This document shows, in pieces, positions 30,926 to 37,512 of a DNA stretch of 64,000 bases. The notes below the pieces were generated by a model. The model was not told the origin of the DNA. It worked only from the letters and a program-made list of their open reading frames with translations, and ran no database searches. The translations under genes were made by a program, and so were the position numbers. How positions within the stretch are numbered: the first letter of the stretch is position 1; every line of letters begins with the position of its first letter. Source of the stretch: SAR324 cluster bacterium (GTDB lineage Bacteria; SAR324; NAC60-12); the NCBI GenBank assembly GCA_014382365.1, contig JACNJW010000040.1, forward strand, positions 15,589 through 79,588. The letters are read 5' to 3'.

Positions 30926-32608
30926 TTATTCAACCACAGAGTTTTGTAATGAACCAGTCCATTGCATCAAGTTTGAAGACAGATTATCTCCAACTGAAAC
31001 GTTGTCTGACCTCACAATTGAATTATTTTCAACCTGAATAAAAAATACTGCCTGCGGATTATTTGCTTCAGTGGTTGCAGGATTACTGTCATTTTTAAAA
31101 TTATAAGGACCATAAGTTATATTGTCGGTTATTCCAGGACCAGTCAAAACTAGTTTAAAATTCTGTACATCTGTCTCGCTGACATCTTCTACATAAACCA
31201 GATAAGTTCCATTGCCGACTTTTTGACTGTCTGTAGCCCAGACTTGAACCTCAGTATCAGAGGAACTGCTGCCGTCCTGCAACTGAACTACATCTCCAGT
31301 TTCAGAATATTTTTTGTTGGCTGCATTACTGTAAACCCAGTAACGCGAACCCCTGGTAGTATTATCAAAACTTCCATTTGTAGTTTCTTCATTGTATGTC
31401 CAATCCGGAAAATAGTATGAGTGCAGATCCGGATCCAGTCCATCTGTCCAACTGAGTGTAAAACACATGGTACTGTTGTCAACACAGGCATCATAGTTAA
31501 CTGTGCCAATTGTCTGTGTTTTTGAAACTTCATTAACCGTAAGAATCACTTGAAGTTCATTTGAACCGTGAACTAAAGGCAGGGATGAGGCTGTTGTAAA
31601 TTGAGTTGTGTAAGTCACATTATCCGAACCTTCAGTATTAGACCAACTGGAAAGAGCAATTGGTGGTGTAACATCTACAAGTGTACTGGCTCCAACCCGT
31701 TTTACCTGCATTAAGGATAATATCTGGGTTACATTGTCTTTTTGGGCAATCGGTACATTTAACACAAGTGTCCCGCTTGCAGTCGCATATGCAGATGTTC
31801 CCACTTGAGAAATGCTCATACTTTCAAAACTCAACCAATCAATATCTACATAATTCGGTGTTAATTTTACATCCAGAGTCTCTGTGGAACTGCTGACCAG
31901 AAACGTCTGATTTAAGGGAATAAATCCCTGCAAATCAACATCATAACTATATGAGTTATAAACAACATTTGAAAACACTATCGACTTACTGGCATTGTCC
32001 TCAGAACTAATCGTGAATGAACTGTTGTCAATGAGAATACCTGCAGTAGAATTAAGCTTGGCAGTACCTGTACTTCCGGGCAGCATTCCGGCACTGCTTG
32101 TGCTGCTGATTTTGAATGTAACAGTTGAATATTTTGTAGTCCAAAATTCAACAGCAACTGTTTTGGAGATAGTTTCCGAATCAATCGTAAAAATACCTGA
32201 TTCACCATATCCTCCAGGTGTAATAGTACCTGCACCCAATTCGTTCAAAGCATAAGTTTCACTAAAAAAGTAGAGGCAGAGTTTAATTTTTGTATCCAGC
32301 GGCACAACAAATTGAGCATCATAAGTATTAATGTCAACCAACGACCTGCTGTATTCAACTCCGGAATTTGCAGTAGTAGACTCACATTGAACTGCCGGTA
32401 TCAAAACTGCTAAAATTGTTTTGGCATCGCTGCTGGTCAAACTTTCTGCATACTGCGAACGACTCATTTTTCTATCTGATACGTCATCCATCCGAATCTG
32501 CAACGAAGCATAGCCGTTCGTCTCTGTTTCTACTTCTGCACAGGACACTGCAAGTACAAAAAGCAACAGCATAATAACAAAGATGTTAAGGTTGGTAGTC
32601 CGCATCAT
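30926..32608 (-). CDS. Secreted (probable lipo)protein, 560 aa, hypothetical. The signal peptide plus lipobox-like segment is LAVSC-AEVETE. A C-terminal PPC-like beta-sandwich module is present (DPDLHSYYFPDW...GNGTYLVYVEDVSETDVQNFKLVLTG). It lies immediately upstream of the giant gene.
   Basis: ORF 30926..32608 (-). N-terminal MMRTTNLNIFVIMLLLFVLAVSCAEV fits the Prosite lipobox pattern. The PPC-like motifs were recognised by eye. There is no enzymatic signature. Confidence 0.65.
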   Translation of the reverse strand: MMRTTNLNIFVIMLLLFVLAVSCAEVETETNGYASLQIRMDDVSDRKMSRSQYAESLTSSDAKTILAVLIPAVQCESTTANSGVEYSRSLVDINTYDAQFVVPLDTKIKLCLYFFSETYALNELGAGTITPGGYGESGIFTIDSETISKTVAVEFWTTKYSTVTFKISSTSSAGMLPGSTGTAKLNSTAGILIDNSSFTISSEDNASKSIVFSNVVYNSYSYDVDLQGFIPLNQTFLVSSSTETLDVKLTPNYVDIDWLSFESMSISQVGTSAYATASGTLVLNVPIAQKDNVTQILSLMQVKRVGASTLVDVTPPIALSSWSNTEGSDNVTYTTQFTTASSLPLVHGSNELQVILTVNEVSKTQTIGTVNYDACVDNSTMCFTLSWTDGLDPDLHSYYFPDWTYNEETTNGSFDNTTRGSRYWVYSNAANKKYSETGDVVQLQDGSSSSDTEVQVWATDSQKVGNGTYLVYVEDVSETDVQNFKLVLTGPGITDNITYGPYNFKNDSNPATTEANNPQAVFFIQVENNSIVRSDNVSVGDNLSSNLMQWTGSLQNSVVE

Positions 32609-32713
32609 CTTAACTAGTGCAGGATTGTGGTATCATCATTCACACTCATATTAACTTAAAACTAAACTTGTAAAACTTTTTTCATTTAATTATTGCCATC
32701 AATTGCAGAAATG

Positions 32714-33739
32714 CTAACGGTTCGTGAATGTCATTCCTATAATGATGGTTTTACTTGTTGCGGCATCAATAGCATTTTCCGCATTATTAACCATGGTTTC
32801 TAATTCCTCAAGACGATCCAGTTGTTCCAGTAATTCGCCTTCTGCGTCTGCTTCTTCTTCAAAGACTGGTGCTGCATCAGTATTGTTCAGTCGCTTCTGA
32901 ATAGACCCTACAGGTTCAGACTGACCAAACTGCACCTCTTGAAAACTAGCAGTACCATCTGCTTGGGCAATTTTATCTCTTTCCTCAGGTGAAACAGTAA
33001 CAGGAGCAGACGGACCTGAACCTTCACGCACATGTGAAACCTCGTTTGCAACAACTGCAATTTCATAATCCGGAACTTCTGGAGATGCAAGCGAGACCTC
33101 ACCGGATAAAGCCAGCAAATTTGTTGAATCTCCACTTGTGGCAACCACGAAATCAGTTCCTTTAACTCCTATAATTGCTGTGACTGTCCGGACATTAAAT
33201 CTCTTTTTTTTACGCTTCAGTTTAGTTTTTGTAAGTTTTGCCAGGTTACCCTTTAATTTTTCGCCAAAATTTACATTCGCTTTGTTTTCCACAGCTTGTT
33301 CTTTTTTAGTCTTTTGCTTTACTTCTCCACTGCCTGATGTTTCTGCAAGAGGTTTGACACTGAAGTTTCCTTTGCCTGTCAAAAGGGCCATGTTGTTTTG
33401 TTCTGCAGAAATATCATCCAGTTTAAAAAAACTGTGAGAAAATAATTTTACTGTGTTATCTCTGTTTTTTAAATAAAGTGAAATCTGGGTGCCCTTACCG
33501 GTTTGTAAGCGGTCATTAGCCTGCAGCAGATATGTTTCACCAACTTTTTGTAAAAAAACACTTTTTCCATTACGAATCAACTTAACTCTGCCGGCATGCA
33601 ACTCCAGAGAATTCTGAACTGCACCTGCAGAAGACTGAAATAACAACAGGCAAAAGCAGGTAATTGCCAGCGAAAGTAAAATTATCTGTTTTTTGATTTG
33701 GTAAAACATTTTTATTCTCAACAATTTTAGAACATCCAA
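32714..33739 (-). CDS. FecR-domain periplasmic or membrane-anchored protein, 341 aa. It has an N-terminal signal or TM anchor, a central FecR-like beta domain (...TVTAIIGVKGTDFVVATSGDSTNLLALSGEVSL...), a Lys-rich linker and a C-terminal coiled coil (LEQLDRLEELETMVNNAENAIDAA).
   Basis: ORF 32714..33739 (-). The GxxGTxFxV motif is typical of the FecR/PF04773 fold. It overlaps the upstream 416-aa gene by 13 nt, which implies translational coupling. Confidence 0.65.
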   Translation of the reverse strand: MDVLKLLRIKMFYQIKKQIILLSLAITCFCLLLFQSSAGAVQNSLELHAGRVKLIRNGKSVFLQKVGETYLLQANDRLQTGKGTQISLYLKNRDNTVKLFSHSFFKLDDISAEQNNMALLTGKGNFSVKPLAETSGSGEVKQKTKKEQAVENKANVNFGEKLKGNLAKLTKTKLKRKKKRFNVRTVTAIIGVKGTDFVVATSGDSTNLLALSGEVSLASPEVPDYEIAVVANEVSHVREGSGPSAPVTVSPEERDKIAQADGTASFQEVQFGQSEPVGSIQKRLNNTDAAPVFEEEADAEGELLEQLDRLEELETMVNNAENAIDAATSKTIIIGMTFTNR

Positions 33740-34977
33740 ATATATTGCAGTATCAGTTGATTCTCCTGAAAGGCCCGTGTTGCATCATTTGAAGCCTGTT
33801 TTAATTGTTTCAAGTCTATACCTACTATAGTCGCTTGACTGTATGCATATTTACAATTTAATGTCATTTCATCCTTTTTATTCTGTAAAACAACATTAGT
33901 TGCCGGATCAGCACTTTTATATTGCTGATTATTATTTTGAATATTCAGACCAAAGACCCAGGGAGTCCAGGAATAAGAAGCTCCGGCGTCAATCAGTGTC
34001 GACTGATAATCTTTGCTGGCAGTCTTAAATTTTGTCGTTTGTGAATCCCAGCGTAATTTAAATCTAAAATCCTGCCAGCGCATCTTTGCTCCTAAAGAAA
34101 TCAGAGTTAGTATTCCGTCTTCGGAGTTAGTTTTTACTTTGTTCTGACTGTCTAACTGCAGTTTAAAAGAAGCATCCACGAACTTTGCCCAGCGTTTTTT
34201 TGCTGCAATAAACAGAAATAGAGACTGTACATCTTCCCTGAATTCTCCAGCTTTTTTAGGATCAGTCGGATTAGCATCTTTGACACTAATCACACTCTGT
34301 CCCAAAGCGGAACTAAAATCCATTCCCAGCAGTTGTTTGTTCCTGTATTCTGTACTGAACTGCCGGAACAGGACTTCTTCAGCAACTAAGCTGCGGTTTT
34401 GCTGACGATCAAATTTTAAGACAGCTTTCAACGAAACTGCTGAATCCTTTTGCAGTTGAAAAGCGTATGCTCCAGACACAAGCAAATCATTTTTAGCAGC
34501 ACTGGTTTTTGAGCTGCCTTCCTGCACACGAAGCATGTTACTGCTGTTTGTCTGCCCCAGCATAATGACACCATTCAGCGGTGGAGGTATTTTCTTTTTT
34601 TTCTGCTTTGGTTCATAAGTTACAATAAATTCCTGTTCCTGCTGTCCTGTTTTTGTCTGCACAAAAATAGTAAAACTATTCTTGCCGGGCTTTAAATAAT
34701 ATGGTATTTCATATTCCGCCCAATCTGAATCCTCTCTCACCATTTGCGCAAAGCCGTTAACTTTGACTACCAGCAACGGACTGAAAGTACTGACTTGAAA
34801 ACGAAACCAACCTTCGGCCTGCTCTTCCTTTCCGGGCGAAGTCCGAAAAACAAGTATCTCTTCCGGAAGTTCCAGTCCCTGCTTGTTATCTTCAGTCTGA
34901 GCCTGTACAACACTAATTCCCTGTAGAAAAACTATAATCCAGATTAAGACACAGACCCTCATGCTAAAATGAAACAT
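33727..34977 (-). CDS. Secreted protein, 416 aa, probably an outer-membrane protein. It has a signal peptide, an N-terminal Ig-like beta-sandwich region, a poly-Lys/Pro linker (KQKKKKIPPP) and a ~280-aa C-terminal domain ending ...LILQYIWMF (C-terminal Phe, a beta-barrel-type signature).
   Basis: ORF 33727..34977 (-). The N-terminus is MFHFSMRVCVLIWIIVFLQGISVVQAQ. The terminal aromatic residue and alternating pattern suggest an OMP. The gene is 8 nt downstream of the MotB-like gene. Confidence 0.6.
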   Translation of the reverse strand: MFHFSMRVCVLIWIIVFLQGISVVQAQTEDNKQGLELPEEILVFRTSPGKEEQAEGWFRFQVSTFSPLLVVKVNGFAQMVREDSDWAEYEIPYYLKPGKNSFTIFVQTKTGQQEQEFIVTYEPKQKKKKIPPPLNGVIMLGQTNSSNMLRVQEGSSKTSAAKNDLLVSGAYAFQLQKDSAVSLKAVLKFDRQQNRSLVAEEVLFRQFSTEYRNKQLLGMDFSSALGQSVISVKDANPTDPKKAGEFREDVQSLFLFIAAKKRWAKFVDASFKLQLDSQNKVKTNSEDGILTLISLGAKMRWQDFRFKLRWDSQTTKFKTASKDYQSTLIDAGASYSWTPWVFGLNIQNNNQQYKSADPATNVVLQNKKDEMTLNCKYAYSQATIVGIDLKQLKQASNDATRAFQENQLILQYIWMF

Positions 34978-34985
34978 AGTTTGCC

Positions 34986-36557
34986 TTAGCCTTCATCAGG
35001 ATCCGGAAAAAATTTTCTGGTTCGTTCTTTTTTTACAGGCCTCGTAAATATTAGATCTACCCGCCGATTTGCTTTGCGTGCAGCTTTTAACTCTTTCCCG
35101 CTTTTCCGCTTACCATCCTCAGATAGATATGACTTTTTAGGTCTGGTTTCCGCATAGCCGGAAATTGCAATTCTTTCCGGATTAAAGCCGACTTTTTCCA
35201 TCATTAGTGTGGCGACTACAGTGGCCCGCACCGTACTCAGTTCCCAATTATTCCTGAATTTACTTTTTTTTCTGAGAGGGACATCATCCGTATGTCCATC
35301 CACCCTGATTGCATCTCCTTCCAATTCATAACGATCACGGATTTCACTCAGAAATTGCTGTAATTGCACTTCTACTTCCTGCACAATTGCTGCTCCTCCG
35401 CTGGGAAACAGGAAGCTGGACGGTAGAGAAAGGATACAACGTGATTTACTTGCATTGAGTTCGAAGGAGGCAAAATCTTCATTTTCACGTAAAAAACGAT
35501 TAATTCCACTACAGTCCTTCATTTCCTGTGCACCAATGATGGTATTGACTTGTTTTGAGATACGACCTGTTTCTGCATTTTTAATGGCGAGAGCATCCAT
35601 TTGAACAACCAATGTGCGCGTAGCATATAAAGGAACCTCGTCTTGCAAGACTTCCATTTCCACCGTACCTTTTTCAGTATAGGGATAGATCTTAATCGTA
35701 GCACCATCCATGAAACGAAAGTCTTTTTTCTCCTTGGCAGTTCCAGCAAATTTAATTGGAATTTCTGTTATTACACCACTGACTGGTGAAATTTTAGCAG
35801 TGATATTTGAGATACCTTTGTAAAGATCCCTGCGTGAAACTTCAAAGCTAACGCTGGGAAGCGGTTCATCATCCTGGATAAAAATGCTCCTACTGACAAA
35901 GTTTCCACGCTCCACATCTCCACGTAGTTTTCCGATTTGTACCAGAATTTCTTCCGAATCCTCATAAAGTTCATCGTTGATGATACATAATGGGAAAAAA
36001 GTTTCATATTCTCCCTGTGGAATAACTGCCACTTCTGATCCCAGAATATAATCAAACTCCTGAATTTCAGTCGGATTTGCAGTTAAACCTTCACTTGTGC
36101 AAAGCTCAGCATCAACCGGCCCTCTGCGTGCGCTGCCTGAAAAGAAAAGGGGAATCCTCAAATCTTCTTCTACTTTTTCATTGAGCAGGACCACTACTTT
36201 CAACACTCCTGCAGATTCATCAACCTGACCTTTGGCCATGCTTTCAATCAGAATCTGCGTTTTGTAGAGAGATGTCTGTTTTTTACCAATCAGTGTTTCC
36301 AGTTTTTCTTCAAAATTTTCTTTGTTATCAAAGAAAACTCCCATCATCGATCCTAAACTATTGACAGTATTATCCGGAAGACGGTTTTTCAAAGTATCAA
36401 TTGTTGCAGCATTGACTACAAATCCGGTTTTCAGATCTACTTGTGGTTTGTTAAACAACGACAAATACACAAAAAAACAAAACAGCAATGTAATCAAATC
36501 AGCGAATGTCAACATCCACCTTACTTCATTAGCCTTTTTTTTCTTTCCTCCAAGCAT
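34986..36557 (-). CDS. MotB-like stator protein with an OmpA-type peptidoglycan-binding C-terminal domain, 523 aa. This is about 200 aa longer than canonical MotB because of a long periplasmic linker.
   Basis: The N-terminal TM helix with the conserved MotB Asp reads VRWMLTFADLITLLFCFFVYL (compare MotB ...YADLMTLL...). The C-terminal OmpA/MotB motif is VDGHTDDVPL...NWELSTVRATVV. It is adjacent to the MotA-like gene with an 88-bp gap. Confidence 0.85.
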   Translation of the reverse strand: MLGGKKKKANEVRWMLTFADLITLLFCFFVYLSLFNKPQVDLKTGFVVNAATIDTLKNRLPDNTVNSLGSMMGVFFDNKENFEEKLETLIGKKQTSLYKTQILIESMAKGQVDESAGVLKVVVLLNEKVEEDLRIPLFFSGSARRGPVDAELCTSEGLTANPTEIQEFDYILGSEVAVIPQGEYETFFPLCIINDELYEDSEEILVQIGKLRGDVERGNFVSRSIFIQDDEPLPSVSFEVSRRDLYKGISNITAKISPVSGVITEIPIKFAGTAKEKKDFRFMDGATIKIYPYTEKGTVEMEVLQDEVPLYATRTLVVQMDALAIKNAETGRISKQVNTIIGAQEMKDCSGINRFLRENEDFASFELNASKSRCILSLPSSFLFPSGGAAIVQEVEVQLQQFLSEIRDRYELEGDAIRVDGHTDDVPLRKKSKFRNNWELSTVRATVVATLMMEKVGFNPERIAISGYAETRPKKSYLSEDGKRKSGKELKAARKANRRVDLIFTRPVKKERTRKFFPDPDEG

Positions 36558-36645
36558 CTTTTCTTCTTCAACGAGTCACGGTTTTCTATAAATTATTTAT
36601 GTCAACAGTTAGCAAATTATACTGAGTACCATAAACTTTAATACA

Positions 36646-37512
36646 TCACCCATACTGTTTATCAAATTCGTCCCGCTTGTGAGGGAGAAACATTCGTAGT
36701 TCCTGAAGAATTGTGTATGGTGCCTCACGACGTGCTATGCGATGCACACTTTCACGAATCATTTCCAGCAAAATTAGATTTGATTCTTTGAGTTGCTTCC
36801 GCTTCGAAGCTATCGGCAGTAAAATCATGTTTGAAAAAATTACTCCATAAAGTGTGGTCAACATGGCAATTGACATGGCCTGCATAACTGCACGAATACT
36901 TCCGGTTTCCGCCAGCATCAGTACCAGCCCAACAATCGTTCCAACCATACCAAATGCAGGAGCTGCGGTTGCCATAAAATCCATAATCTCAATTTCTTCA
37001 TCTGCACGCTGCTCATACATGGCCACCTCAGACTTTATGATCTGGTGCAGCGACTCTTCCTCTACTTGCTCTCTGACAATCAGCCCCTCTATCCAGCGTC
37101 GCATAAATGGATTTTGCAGATTGTTGAGATCATCGTTGGTGATTCGCTTTCCACTATAGCGTTTTTCTGCGATTAGCTTGGATTGATCATATATTTCCTG
37201 AGTTGCTTCTTCAGCAATATCTGAAGAAAACACTTTAGGGATGCTGCCAAAACTTCGTAAAGCCTTTCGGTAGGGAAAGGCAATGAAAGTTGCAGAAACA
37301 GTTCCGCCCAACACGATGAAGGTAGATTTCAGGTCAAAAAATCTTAAGATTTGAATTAAATATTTGTTATATGAATCCGCTTCTCCGGAACTCTCCAGCC
37401 AAAGTGCCAGATTAGAAAATTCTGCCGGCCACAGAATTCCAGAAAGAATAAAAATTGCTCCTGATAAAAAACCGAGTGATGTTCCTAATTTATCTGCACT
37501 TGTTTGTTTCAT
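36646..37512 (-). CDS. MotA/PomA-like proton-channel stator subunit (MotA/TolQ/ExbB superfamily; closest in pattern to flagellar MotA/PomA), 288 aa.
   Basis: There are four predicted TM helices. The TM3 signature MATAAPAFGMVGTIVGLVLML closely matches PomA/MotA ...AAPAMGMIGTLVGLV.... TM4 reads SIAMLTTLYGVIFSNMILLPI, and the MotA-like cytoplasmic tail is ...MIRESVHRIARREAPY.... Its stop overlaps the start of the upstream 543-aa gene by 4 nt (ATGA-type coupling). Confidence 0.85.
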   Translation of the reverse strand: MKQTSADKLGTSLGFLSGAIFILSGILWPAEFSNLALWLESSGEADSYNKYLIQILRFFDLKSTFIVLGGTVSATFIAFPYRKALRSFGSIPKVFSSDIAEEATQEIYDQSKLIAEKRYSGKRITNDDLNNLQNPFMRRWIEGLIVREQVEEESLHQIIKSEVAMYEQRADEEIEIMDFMATAAPAFGMVGTIVGLVLMLAETGSIRAVMQAMSIAMLTTLYGVIFSNMILLPIASKRKQLKESNLILLEMIRESVHRIARREAPYTILQELRMFLPHKRDEFDKQYG

